Source: an uncultured Actinomycetes bacterium
GTDB lineage: Bacteria > Actinomycetota > Actinomycetes > Streptosporangiales > Streptosporangiaceae
NCBI GenBank assembly: GCA_963787645.1
Contig: CAWBDS010000005.1
Span: 56,749-120,748, forward strand
Length of the DNA: 64,000 nucleotides
Direction of reading: 5' to 3'
Each line of letters starts with the position of its first letter. The first letter of the stretch is position 1. Under the pieces are notes generated by a model, which saw only the letters and a list, made by a program, of their open reading frames with translations, did no database searches and had not been told where the DNA came from. A program made the position numbers and the translations under genes. Below, piece after piece: positions 17,101 to 28,863 of the stretch.

Positions 17101-18810
17101 AGGTGCCAGGCGCCGCGGCGCGTACCGGGTAGGCCTTGCGGCCGAGCGTCCGCGGGGCCTTGCGCTGGCCGCCGCCCCGCCCGGCCAGCCAGCCCGCGTA
17201 GTCGGTCCACCAGCTGCCCGGCACCACCTGCGCGGTGGCCAGGAACTCGGCCGCGTCAGCCGGGTTGCCCCTGATAACCGTGCGGAACGCCGCCTTAGGG
17301 TTGGTCGGCGGGTTGACCATGGCCGCGATGTGCCCGCTGGTCGACAGCACGAACCTGACCGGCCCGCCGAGCAGCTGCGTGGTCCGGTAGCAGGACTCCC
17401 ACGGGCACAGGTGGTCGGTGATGCCCGCCACCAGGTAGGCGTCCACGTCCACCTGGCCCAGGTCGACCGGCGACCCGAGCATGGTCGCCGCGCCCGGTGT
17501 GACCAGCGCGTTGGCCTGGCCCAGCCGGATGAAATCGTGGTGCAGCGCGGCGGGCAGCCGGGTCACGTCGGCGTTCCAGGACAAGATGTCGAAGGCCGGC
17601 GGCGTCTTGCCCTGCAGGTAGTTGTTGACCCAGTAGTTCCAGATCAGGTCGTCGGGCCGCAGCCAGGCGAACACCTCGGCCAGGGCCCGTCCGTCCAGGT
17701 AGCCGCGCGCGCTGGACACCGCCATGGCCGCCGCGGCGGTCTTCTCGTCGATCATCGCCGCGGCGGTGCCCGCCGACGACTGGTCCAGCACGGCCACGCC
17801 CAGGCACAGGCTGGCCAGCTGGCCGAGCTGCCCGGTCACGGCCAGGTGCGCGGCCACCATCGAGGCCATGATGCCGCCCGAGCACAGCGCGCACACGTGG
17901 ACCTTGGCCGCCCCGGAGATGGCCCGCACCGCGGCCAGCGCGTCGGTCAGCGCCCCGCCGTAGGTGTCCAGCCCCCAGTCCCGGTGCCGGGCGTCCGGAT
18001 TGCGCCACGACATGACGAACACCGTGTGGCCCGCAGACACCAAGAACTCCACCATGCTGCGCCCGGGCGCCAGGTCGACGACGTAGTACTTGTTGATCAT
18101 CGGCGGCACGATCAGCAGCGGGTAGCGGTAAACCAACTCGGTCGACGGCTGGTACTGGATCAGCTCGAACTGGTCGGTGGCGTGCACCACCCCGCCCGGC
18201 GTGACGGCCAGATCGGTGCCGACGGTAAAAGAACCGGCGGGCACCATGGACGGCACCCGGGGCGAGGTGGACAGGTCCGAGGCCAGGTTGCGCAGCCCGC
18301 GGACCGCGTTCTCGCCGCCGGTGTCGATCAGTGCTTTCCATCCGGCCGGCGACAGCAGCGGGTTATTAGAGGGAGCCGCAGCGGCGACCAGGTTGGCGAG
18401 CAGGAACTTCAGCCGGGTGTCGTCCCGCCAGTCCAGCTCCGCCCCGTCCACCAGCTCTGACGCCGACGCCGCCGCGGCCAGGTAGGCCTGGACGCAGCGG
18501 CGCAGCACGGGGTTGTCCGTCCAGGCCGGGTCGGCGAACCGGCGGTCGCGCCGGTCCGGCGCTACCGCCGACCGTCCGGCCGCGATCCGGCCGAGCTCGC
18601 CCGCCAGCGCACCCGCGTGCCGCCCGACGAAGTCGGGCCGGCGCGCCAGCCGGCCGGCCAGCCGCAGCACCGAGCTGTCCGGCCGCAGCCGCTGCCACAC
18701 CCCCAGCGCCGCATCGGTCAGCAGCAGGTCCAGGCCGCCGGCCGCGTCGGCCGCATCCTCGGCCCATTCCTGGCCAGCGCCAGCCCCAACGCCGGCTCCA
18801 GTCCCAGCGG

Positions 18811-18814
<4 letters not shown>
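17084..18814 (-). CDS. phaC: Poly(R)-hydroxyalkanoate synthase PhaC (class II-like)
   Basis: FADPAW..NP, PLLIVPP.INKYY..DL, catalytic box ALCSGG, ILSWNAD.T..P. GTGA overlap with the upstream ligase gene. Confidence 0.9.
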
Positions 18815-20313
<1,499 letters not shown>

Positions 20314-20388
20314 GACGTCCTCCACTCGGCGCACGGACCGCAGCCGTAACGGCCTCCCCGCCAGCATGCCCCAGCTCCGCACCCCGCG

Positions 20389-21135
<747 letters not shown>

Positions 21136-21149
21136 GACCAGCTACCTTC

Positions 21150-21617
21150 TCACGGAACGACGGTGACCGGCCACTTCCCGGCCTTGACCAGCCGCACCGC
21201 CAGCGACCCGACCAGCCGGTGCCCGGCCTTGGTGGACGCGCCGACCACCACCGCGTCCGCGCGCACCTCGTCCGCCACCCGCCGCAGCTCGTGGTACGGA
21301 TCGCCGGCCGCGGTAACGAACCTGACCGGCACGCCCCGCTCGGCGGCGTACTCCTCGACCCGCCGCTTCAGGTCCGCCGCGGTCTCGGAGAACGCCCGCT
21401 CCTGCTCGGCCATGGCCGCCGCGCTCGCCCCCGCCGCCGCCCCGTACATCGCCGACGGCTGCTCCACGTACACCACGACCAGCCGCGCGCCCTGCCGCCG
21501 GGCCAGCCCGGCCGCGTAGGCCCCGGCCCGCAGCGAGGTGACCGAATCGTCGATCCCGACCAGGATGACCATCGGCCCGTCAGTGCCCAGCTCGAAGGAA
21601 GCAGCCTCCGCGTCCAC
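21150..21617 (-). CDS. Universal stress protein (UspA family)
   Basis: ILVGIDDS......A...A...A.......L.VVYV ... VVVGAS...GH..VGS.A..LV....PV.VV pattern. Confidence 0.8.
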   Translation of the reverse strand: MDAEAASFELGTDGPMVILVGIDDSVTSLRAGAYAAGLARRQGARLVVVYVEQPSAMYGAAAGASAAAMAEQERAFSETAADLKRRVEEYAAERGVPVRFVTAAGDPYHELRRVADEVRADAVVVGASTKAGHRLVGSLAVRLVKAGKWPVTVVP

Positions 21618-21648
21618 ACCCAGATCATTTCATCCGAACGGCCGTGGT

Positions 21649-22135
21649 TCACGCCCCAGGCCAACTCCAAGGCCAGCCCTGCGGGAGGGCGAGCATTCCG
21701 TCGGTGTTGCCGGCCGAGTCGGTGTAGGCCCCGACCACCTCGTCGCGGTCGTTCAGGCCGAACGCCTGGGTCATCGACGCCCCCGGCACGGCCAGCGTGA
21801 CGAACACCGGCCGCTGTGCAGGAGCAGGAACGCGTCGGTCACCGACGAGCTCTTGGCGTAGAACCCGGCCACGTCACCGGAGAGTTGTTGATCGCGGCGG
21901 CGGCCCGGCCCGGCCTCGCCGCCCTGCGCGTTGGTGTAGAAGCCGACCGCCACGTCGTGGTCGTCGGCCCCCAGCAGCTGGTCGACGCCCTTATTGGGGT
22001 GGCCCTTGGCGCCCGAGCCGAAGTAGCCCGCGATCACGCCCTCGTTGTTAATGCCGAGCAACTGGTTGAAGGTCATGTCCCGGTGGTCGTTCAGCGTGCG
22101 GAACTGGTAACCGCTCGAGCTCTGGGTGCTCGCAA
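21649..22135 (-). pseudogene. Remnant of an actinobacterial secreted repeat protein, 5'-truncated and frame-broken
   Basis: YQFRTLNDHRDMTFNQLLGINNEGVIAGYFGSGAKGHPNKG, then SGDVAGFY..., then (other frame) VFVTLAVPGASMTQAFGLNDRDEVVGAYTDSAGNT. No start or signal peptide; at least two frame changes. Confidence 0.55.
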
Positions 22136-22149
22136 AAGCCGGGGCGGCC

Positions 22150-22440
22150 AGCCGCGTTCTCGTCGGTAACCCGGAACGGCGGCCGGACCAGCTGGGCCCG
22201 CTGCTCGAACAGCTTGACCGCGTCCGATCCGGCCAGGCCGAAGCGGTCAGGTCCGAGCCGGGACCGGGCTTGGGCGGCGAGAGCGGCGGCACCTGCCAGC
22301 TCAGCTCGCCCTCCACGCCGAGCGCCTCGCGGCTGGTGGCCAGCACGGTCAGCGCCGGGCAGGCGGCCAGCAGGTTCTCGGTCAGGCTGGCCGTCGCCCC
22401 GGCCAGGTGCTCGTGAGCCGCACCGGGAGCTGCGCCGTGG
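22150..22440 (-). pseudogene. About 95-aa fragment of an NB-ARC/AAA ATPase-type (LuxR/SARP-associated) regulator
   Basis: LLAACPALTVLATSREALGVEGELSWQVPPLS and, in a second frame, SDAVKLFEQRAQLVRPPFRVTDENAA. Both are typical of the middle of about 1000-aa regulators; no N- or C-terminal parts are present. Confidence 0.5.
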
Positions 22441-22596
22441 TGAGCGACATGCTGCTTCCGCCCCGCTTCGATCCGGAAACGCCCCTTCATGAAGAAATTT
22501 AGCTCAGCGCAAGCAATTGCGCCGAGAGGCGACCGTGCCGGGTTAGCGGCGATTCGGCAGCATCCCGGCCACGGAAGGGCCGGTAACCTGGCCGGC

Positions 22597-22980
22597 ATGG
22601 ACGAGAACCGTGCCCGTCGGGTGACCGACGCGCTGCGCGACCGCGGAATTGCGGCGCACCTGAAGAAGTCCGGTATCGACGCCTATTCGGTGCAGGTGCC
22701 CGCCGGCCGCGGGCGCGAGGCCATCTGGGGGGCCGAGGGCACGACCGGGCTGGAGGCCGAGGTCCTGCAGGACGGGGACCTGGTCGGCTTCATCTCGCAG
22801 ATCCCGGGCTCGGAGGCTTTCGACGAGGCCCAGATCGTGGAGGCCATCGCCCGCGCCGACTACGACGAGCCGGAGGGCCACGAGCGCGCCGCAGCCCCGC
22901 CCGGCAAGCCGCCGCTGGCTCACGAGGGCGGCGTCTTCCGCCGCTTCCTCGACGGCTTCCGCTACGACTCCGAGGCCTAG
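22597..22980 (+). CDS. Hypothetical protein (127 aa)
   Basis: ORF with high third-position G+C starting at ATG 22597 (MDENRARRV...). No family recognised. Confidence 0.5.
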   Translation: MDENRARRVTDALRDRGIAAHLKKSGIDAYSVQVPAGRGREAIWGAEGTTGLEAEVLQDGDLVGFISQIPGSEAFDEAQIVEAIARADYDEPEGHERAAAPPGKPPLAHEGGVFRRFLDGFRYDSEA

Positions 22981-23033
22981 CGAGCGCCCCACCCCGGGTG
23001 GCACGACCGCGTCCGGGGTGACAGGCTAACGGG

Positions 23034-23855
23034 GTGCGGTTGGCGACGTGGAACGTGAACTCGGTCAAGGCGCGGCTGCCCCGGCTGCTGGAGTGGCTGG
23101 ACGAGGCCAAGCCGGACGTACTGGCCCTGCAGGAGGTCAAGACGACCAGCGCCTTGTTCCCCGCGGCCGAGGTCGAGGAGCTGGGCTACGAGGTGGCGGT
23201 GCACGGCGAGGGCCGGTGGAACGGCGTGGCCCTGCTGTCCAGCGTCGGCCTGGACGACGTGAGCCTGGGCTTCCCCGGCGCGCCGAGTTACGAGGGGGAG
23301 GAGGCGGCCGAGCCGACCCTGCTCGACGAGCCGGTGCTGCGCCAGCCCGAGGCGCGCGCGGTGGGCGCCACCTGCGGCGGGGTCCGGATCTGGTCGCTGT
23401 ACGCGCCCAACGGCCGCACGCCGGATTCGGCGCATTACCACTACAAGCTGGCCTGGTTCGCGGCGTTCCGGACCGCGCTCGAGGCGGAGCTGAAGCACCA
23501 GCCACAGCTGGTCGCGATGGGCGACTTCAACGTGGCGCCGACCGACGCCGACGTGTGGGATCCGGCGGTATTCGTCAATTCCACCCACGTCACCCCGCCG
23601 GAGCGGCAGGCTCTGGCCGACCTGCGGGCGATCGGGCTGACCGACATCGTGCCCAGGCCGATGAAGGGCCCGCACCCGTTCACCTACTGGGACTACCGGG
23701 CCGGCGCCTTCCCCAAGGACATGGGTATGCGCATCGACCTGATCTACGCCAGCCAGGCGGTGGCCGACCGGGTGGCCGGCGCCTACGTGGACCGCGAGGC
23801 CCGCAAGGGCCACGCCCCGTCCGACCACGCGCCGATCGTCGTGGACCTGGACTAG
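23034..23855 (+). CDS. xthA: Exodeoxyribonuclease III
   Basis: RLATWNVNS...PDVLALQE.K, GDFNVAP.D.DV, TYWDYR..AF....G.RID, SDHAP are ExoIII/APE1 family motifs. Confidence 0.9.
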   Translation: MRLATWNVNSVKARLPRLLEWLDEAKPDVLALQEVKTTSALFPAAEVEELGYEVAVHGEGRWNGVALLSSVGLDDVSLGFPGAPSYEGEEAAEPTLLDEPVLRQPEARAVGATCGGVRIWSLYAPNGRTPDSAHYHYKLAWFAAFRTALEAELKHQPQLVAMGDFNVAPTDADVWDPAVFVNSTHVTPPERQALADLRAIGLTDIVPRPMKGPHPFTYWDYRAGAFPKDMGMRIDLIYASQAVADRVAGAYVDREARKGHAPSDHAPIVVDLD

Positions 23856-23863
23856 AGACCGGG

Positions 23864-24706
23864 CTAGAGCCGCAGGATGCGCGCGGCGTTGTCGTACAGC
23901 ACCGCGCGCGCCACCTCGGCGGGCACGTCCAGCTCGTCGAACTCGGTCAGGCCGCGTTCCGGGGTGAGCAGCGGATAGTCGCTGCCCCACAGGAACTGCC
24001 CGCTCAGCCGGCCGCGCAGCTCGCGGATCACCTCGGGCGGGATGCGCCGCGGCGACCAGCCCGAGATGTCGATGTACACGTTGGTCTTGTGCAGCGCGAC
24101 CGCGATCAGGTCCATGTGCCAGGGCCAGCCGAAGTGCGCCGCCACCACGGTCAGGTCCGGGAACGCCGCGGCCACCGGGTCGAGCTTGAGCGGGTGGGCC
24201 AGGTCGATCCGGATGCCCTGGCCGCCGGGCTGGCGCGCGCCGATGCCGCTGGTGCCGGTGTGGAACAGGGCCAGCAGGCCGTGCTCCTGGCAGGCCGCGA
24301 AGATGGGCCAGTACGCCGGGTCATCGGGCGCGAAGGCCTGCAGCGACGGGTGGAACTTGACCCCGCGCAGCCCCAGCGCGGCGATCGACGCCACCTCGGC
24401 GACCGCCGAGCTCTTGTGCGGGTCGACCGAGCCCAGCCCGGTGAACACGTCCGGGTAGTCCCGGCACGCGGCGGCCACGGTCTCGTTCGGCACCCGGGGC
24501 CGCCCGGTGGCCGTCTCGGCGTCCCAGGCCAGCAGGACCGCCTTCAGCCCCAGCCCGCGGTACCGGGCGGCGAGCTCGTCCAGCGACTGCCGCTGGACCG
24601 GCGAGCGGAAGTACGCCTCGGCCGCCTCGACGTAGCCCGCCATGCTGCCGTCCAGCCAGTCCGGGGTGGGCAGGTGCACATGGAAGTCGATCGCGCGCAA
24701 CGGCAC
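23864..24706 (-). CDS. Amidohydrolase-2 (ACMSD-like, PF04909-type) metal-dependent hydrolase; last gene of the minus-strand biosynthetic operon
   Basis: IDFHVHLP, GVKFHP, LFHTG, AHFGWPW, GSDYP motifs. GTG 24706 lies 19 nt after the MFS stop. Confidence 0.8.
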   Translation of the reverse strand: MPLRAIDFHVHLPTPDWLDGSMAGYVEAAEAYFRSPVQRQSLDELAARYRGLGLKAVLLAWDAETATGRPRVPNETVAAACRDYPDVFTGLGSVDPHKSSAVAEVASIAALGLRGVKFHPSLQAFAPDDPAYWPIFAACQEHGLLALFHTGTSGIGARQPGGQGIRIDLAHPLKLDPVAAAFPDLTVVAAHFGWPWHMDLIAVALHKTNVYIDISGWSPRRIPPEVIRELRGRLSGQFLWGSDYPLLTPERGLTEFDELDVPAEVARAVLYDNAARILRL

Positions 24707-24725
24707 TGCCCCATGGTAGCGGGCC

Positions 24726-25973
24726 TCAGGTCTGCGCTCCCGCGGTGGCCAGCTCGGCGTTTTGCTCCCGCGCGGCCGGGCGCATGCCGTACCACGCGAG
24801 CGCCAGGCCGATGAACGACGCACCGGCGCACAGCCACCACACCTTGCTGCCGATCAGGTTCCAGCCCAGCACTCCCAAGGCCGGGCCGATGGCGAAGCCC
24901 AGCGTGAAGACCGCCTGCGAGGTGCCCACATACTGGCTCTTCAGCCGCGACGGGCCCGCGTTCGCCGGATACGCCAACATCACCGGGCCGGCCGTGATCT
25001 CGGCCAGCGTCCAGATCAGCGTGCCCCCGATGAAGATGACCAGCCCGGCTGGAACCGAGTACAGGGCCTGGCCGAAGCCGAGAAGGGCAAACCCGATCAA
25101 GGCCACCACCCGGGCCGGCCAGCGCTGGGTCAGCTTGGTCATCAGCAGCTCGCACGTGATCACGATCGCGGCGTTCATGGCGACCACGAAGGCGTACCAG
25201 GCGACGGCCAGATGGTCTGCGCGCATGGCCAGCGGCAGCACGCTGACGTACTGGATGTAGACCGTGGCGTTGATCAGCAGGGCGGACAGGAACAGCGCGT
25301 ATCGCCGGTCGGCGAAGACGGCGGCCAGCGCCCAACGTCTGGCCACCGAGACCGGGCCGGTTTCTTCTGCGTGCCGGACGGTCCGGGGCGGCAGCAGGAC
25401 GAGCGCGATCACCGCGTAGCCCATCGACGTCACCGCCTCGCCCCAGAACAGCAGGTTATAGGAGACCAGGATCAGCGTGGCGCCGAGCAGCGGCGCGGCC
25501 GTGGAGCCGATGTTCAGCGCAAGACGGTACAGCGCGAAGACCATGACCTGCCGGTTCTTTGGCGTGAGCTCGGACAGCAGGGCCGCCGAGGCCGGCCGGT
25601 ACACCAGCCCGATCATGCCGACGAGCGCCGCGAGGACCACCAGGGCGGGGTAGTTGCGGACGTACAGGATGCCGAGGATCAGCACCGACCGTCCGGCCAT
25701 GCTGAGCACGGTCCCCCAACGAGCGCCGAGCCAGTCGGCGAGCGCGGTGCCCACGACGACGCCGGCCGCCCCCCCGGCGCCGTAGGCGCTGAGCGCCGTG
25801 CCTGCCTGCACCGCGGTGAAACCGCGGTGCGTCATGAACAGCACCAGGAAGATGTTCAGGAACGTTCCGACCTGGTTCACCAGCACCCCGCCGAGCACCG
25901 CCTTGATCGCGGTCGGCGACTCGCGGAAGGTGACCAGGATGCGTGCGTCCTGTGCGGCTGGCCCGGCGGTCAT
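24726..25973 (-). CDS. MFS transporter (12-TMS), paralog of 31776..33167
   Basis: Hydrophobic 12-TMS pattern. The N-terminus FRESPTAIKAVLGGVLVNQVGTFLNIFLVLFMTHRGFTAVQAG parallels the second MFS. ATGA overlap with the upstream FAD oxidase stop. Confidence 0.85.
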   Translation of the reverse strand: MTAGPAAQDARILVTFRESPTAIKAVLGGVLVNQVGTFLNIFLVLFMTHRGFTAVQAGTALSAYGAGGAAGVVVGTALADWLGARWGTVLSMAGRSVLILGILYVRNYPALVVLAALVGMIGLVYRPASAALLSELTPKNRQVMVFALYRLALNIGSTAAPLLGATLILVSYNLLFWGEAVTSMGYAVIALVLLPPRTVRHAEETGPVSVARRWALAAVFADRRYALFLSALLINATVYIQYVSVLPLAMRADHLAVAWYAFVVAMNAAIVITCELLMTKLTQRWPARVVALIGFALLGFGQALYSVPAGLVIFIGGTLIWTLAEITAGPVMLAYPANAGPSRLKSQYVGTSQAVFTLGFAIGPALGVLGWNLIGSKVWWLCAGASFIGLALAWYGMRPAAREQNAELATAGAQT

Positions 25974-26974
25974 GTCAGTTCGGCCGCAGCACACTCGCTG
26001 GCGGCGAGCGCGGACTTGGCGCCACCGCCGGACCCGCCGGTGAAGGTGAACATGCCGGGTGCCACCTCGCGCAGGGCCAGCACCGGCGGCTCGCAGTAGC
26101 AGTCGGCCGCGCTGACCCGCTGCCGGGCGTGGCCGAGCTTCAGCAACGGGAAGCAGCCGACCGCCAGCTGCAGCGCCCGGTCATGCCAGGACCCGGTGAC
26201 CGGCGTGGCGCCCGGCGGCACGTCCCACTCGGTCGTCGGCACGCCGAGCAGCAGCCCCCCGTCCGCGGTGGGTCGGCCGTACAGGCCGGTCTGCTCGTCG
26301 GCGAACCCGGGCGGTCGCCAGGATCCCGCGTCGTAGACCGCGTACTGGATGGACCTGGTCCGGTACGCTCCGGTCGGCATCTCGAGGGCGCGTAGCAGCC
26401 GCGTGGTCCACGCCCCTGCGGCCAGCACCACCGCGTCATAGCCGCTCGCGGTCCGGGCGCTGTCCAGGGCTGCCTGGCGGACCCGGGCGCCCGGCCGCCC
26501 GGCGAGATCGGCGATCACGGCTTTACGCAGCGCGGCCGGGGAAATGTAGCCCGCCCGCCGTTCACGCACGACCACGCCCGGCCGCTCGCCGGTCCAGCCA
26601 GGGCGGCCGTCCTCGGTGGGGAACACCTCGGCCGGCGTGGTCAGCTCGGCGGATCCGGGCAGCTCCCGTTCGATCTCGGCAATCTCGCCGGCCAGGTCGG
26701 CACCCGCGCCGCGCAGGTAGGCGAACCCGGTCTCGCGATAGTCAGCCCACTGTCGCAGCAGCCGGCTCGCTAGCAGCTCGGCCAGGCTGGCGATAGCCAG
26801 TTCCCGCTGCCGGGGCAGGGGATCATAGGCGCGGACCGCGCCGCCGGACGCCGCGGTCGCGTCCGTCACCCCACCAGGTCCGGTCAGCAGGTCGACCTCG
26901 ATCCCGGGCCGCTGCGCGAGCCGCCAGGCCAGCAGCGAGCCGGCCAGCCCACACCCTGCCACACACACCCGCAC
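25970..26974 (-). CDS. FAD-dependent oxidoreductase, D-amino-acid/glycine-oxidase (DAO) type
   Basis: N-terminal dinucleotide fold VCVAGCGLAGSLLAWRLA, then DAVVLAAGAW; about 330 aa. Confidence 0.8.
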   Translation of the reverse strand: MRVCVAGCGLAGSLLAWRLAQRPGIEVDLLTGPGGVTDATAASGGAVRAYDPLPRQRELAIASLAELLASRLLRQWADYRETGFAYLRGAGADLAGEIAEIERELPGSAELTTPAEVFPTEDGRPGWTGERPGVVVRERRAGYISPAALRKAVIADLAGRPGARVRQAALDSARTASGYDAVVLAAGAWTTRLLRALEMPTGAYRTRSIQYAVYDAGSWRPPGFADEQTGLYGRPTADGGLLLGVPTTEWDVPPGATPVTGSWHDRALQLAVGCFPLLKLGHARQRVSAADCYCEPPVLALREVAPGMFTFTGGSGGGAKSALAASECAAAELT

Positions 26975-26983
26975 GGCCGCCGC

Positions 26984-27187
26984 CTAGCCGTCGCCGGCTA
27001 TTGGGGAGCCGTCGCCGACCGTCGGGAACCGGACGCCTGCTCGTGGAATCAGCAGGTGGCCCAGGCACCGCCGGTGCCGGGGCGGGGGGTCGATCTCCCG
27101 GCTGGCGACCTCGAACAGGTCGCCGGGTGCCGTCCCGGGCCCGGCCGCTTCCTTCAGGTACAGCCCGCTGCGCTCATTGTGCGGCAT
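26984..27187 (-). CDS. Hypothetical small protein (67 aa) filling the gap between ATP-grasp 1 and the FAD oxidase
   Basis: ATG 27187 overlaps the ATP-grasp stop by 14 nt and the ORF ends 10 nt before the oxidase start. About 85% of third codon positions are G/C by hand count. No family recognised. Confidence 0.4.
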   Translation of the reverse strand: MPHNERSGLYLKEAAGPGTAPGDLFEVASREIDPPPRHRRCLGHLLIPRAGVRFPTVGDGSPIAGDG

Positions 27188-28477
27188 GGGCGGGCCTCAG
27201 CCGCTCCCATGGGGTCTTGGTCGTCGTCGGCGCCTGGCCAGCCAGCTTGACCTCGATCATATCCGCGAAGTCCTCCAGCCTGCGCTGGGCGTCCTCGGCG
27301 GAGGTGCCGGTCACGATCAGGAATCCGAGCACGTTGTTCCCGTTCGGCGGCCGGCGGATGATGTCGCCCGGCCGCGCGGTGGCCGCGGCCATCAGGGTCT
27401 GCTCGGCGCCGGCGACCTCAGCGGGTATCCGGACGTATTCCAGCTGGCCTTCGTCGCCGATCAGGCACGTGCCCATCATGTGCACCCCGGTCGGCGCGTA
27501 GTGGTGCACCCGGGGCTGGACGCCGCGGGCCACGTCCATCACCGCCTCGATCGGGCTGTAGTCGGCGGTCACCCGCGCCACCAGGTCCAGGCCGCCGCCG
27601 CCCGGGCGGATGGCGATCTCGACGATGTACGGGTCGCCGCGGTGGTAGCGCACCTCGGCGTGCATCACGCTGCGCCGCAGTCCCTGGGCGTGCGCCGCGG
27701 CGGCGATGACCTGGTGTACCCGGGCCAGTTCCGCGTCGCTCAGCGCGGTCGGCGCCCGGTGCACGTCGTCCTCGAACGTGTCGCCCTCGGCCGTGACCCG
27801 GTCCACGATGGACCCGAGGTAGACCTCGTCGTCCCAGGCCAGTGCCTCGAACAGGTGCTCGTGGCCGTCGAGGAACGATTCCACCAGGACACGGTGCGGG
27901 CCGAGGTCGATGCCTTCGGCTTCGCGCAGATACGGGGGCATGTGCCGCATGCCCTCAGCCGTGATCCGGAAGCGCTGCTCCATCTCGGCGGGGTTATCGA
28001 CCCGGAACACGAAGTCGCTCGCGGCGCCCAGCGTCGGCTTGAGCACGACCGGGTACCCGAATTCCGCGGCGGCGGCCACCGCCTCGGCCGGGCTGCCCAC
28101 CCACCGGTACCGCGGATGCGGCACGCCGGCCCGCTCGTGCGCCTGGCGCATCAGCAGCTTGTTCCGGCTCTTGCGGGCCGCGTCCACACCGACGCCGGGC
28201 AGGCCGAGCGCCTCGGCGACCGCTGCGACCGCGATGACCGCGGACTCGGAGAACGTGAACACGCCGTCGAACGACTCGGCCTGGTGCCATTCCCTGGCCG
28301 CGGCGATGATCTCGCCGATCTGCTGTAGCCGGCGATCCGGTACCGGCCGTCGGCCCAGTAGCCTTCCTCACCGATGCCGTTGAGCACGAACAGGTCCGCG
28401 CCGAAGTCCCTGACCTGACGGTAGCGGCCGAGATGGTAGCTGGCGTGCTGGCGGGCCTCGATGGCGAGCAGCTTCAT
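27174..28477 (-). pseudogene. ATP-grasp ligase 1, one frame break as assembled
   Basis: MKLLAIEARQH...GRYRIAG (ATG 28477, ATGA overlap with the cupin stop) continues in another frame as LQQIGEIIAAAREWH...GYPVVLKP...EIAIRPGGGG. The break is near 28322-28340 and is repaired by adding 1 nt. Confidence 0.8.
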
Positions 28478-28863
28478 GGTGTCGGCGGGCCGTCGTGTCC
28501 GGCGGCGACGTGGCGGGCGGTGAACTTCTCCGACATCTCTGGGTCCCAAAACACGCTGTAGAACTGGAAGTCGGTGGTCCCGGCGTTAATGAGCTGATGG
28601 TTCGTGCCGGGCGGGAAGTGGACGATGTCGCCGGGCAGGAACGGGCTGCGCTCGCCCTCGGCCTCGAGCGCCCCTTCGCCGGAGATCGCGATGAAGATCT
28701 CGTACTCCTGGTGCGCGTGCGGGTCGGTGGCGCCGCCGGGCTCGATGACGCACCACGCGCCCTCGAACGGCGCGTTGAGGGCCGCCCACGGCACCAGGCG
28801 CTGGACGCGGACCCCGTATTCCTCCGGCATGCCGTCGCGGTCAAGCTTGCGGATCTCCATCAC
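28474..28863 (-). CDS. Stand-alone cupin (bicupin motifs 1 and 2 intact)
   Basis: GGATDPHAHQEYEIFIAISG fits G-x5-HxH-x3-E-x6-G and GDIVHFPPGTNHQLIN fits G-x5-PxG-x2-H-x3-N. GTGA/ATG overlap with the N-hydroxylase stop. Confidence 0.9.
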   Translation of the reverse strand: MMEIRKLDRDGMPEEYGVRVQRLVPWAALNAPFEGAWCVIEPGGATDPHAHQEYEIFIAISGEGALEAEGERSPFLPGDIVHFPPGTNHQLINAGTTDFQFYSVFWDPEMSEKFTARHVAAGHDGPPTP

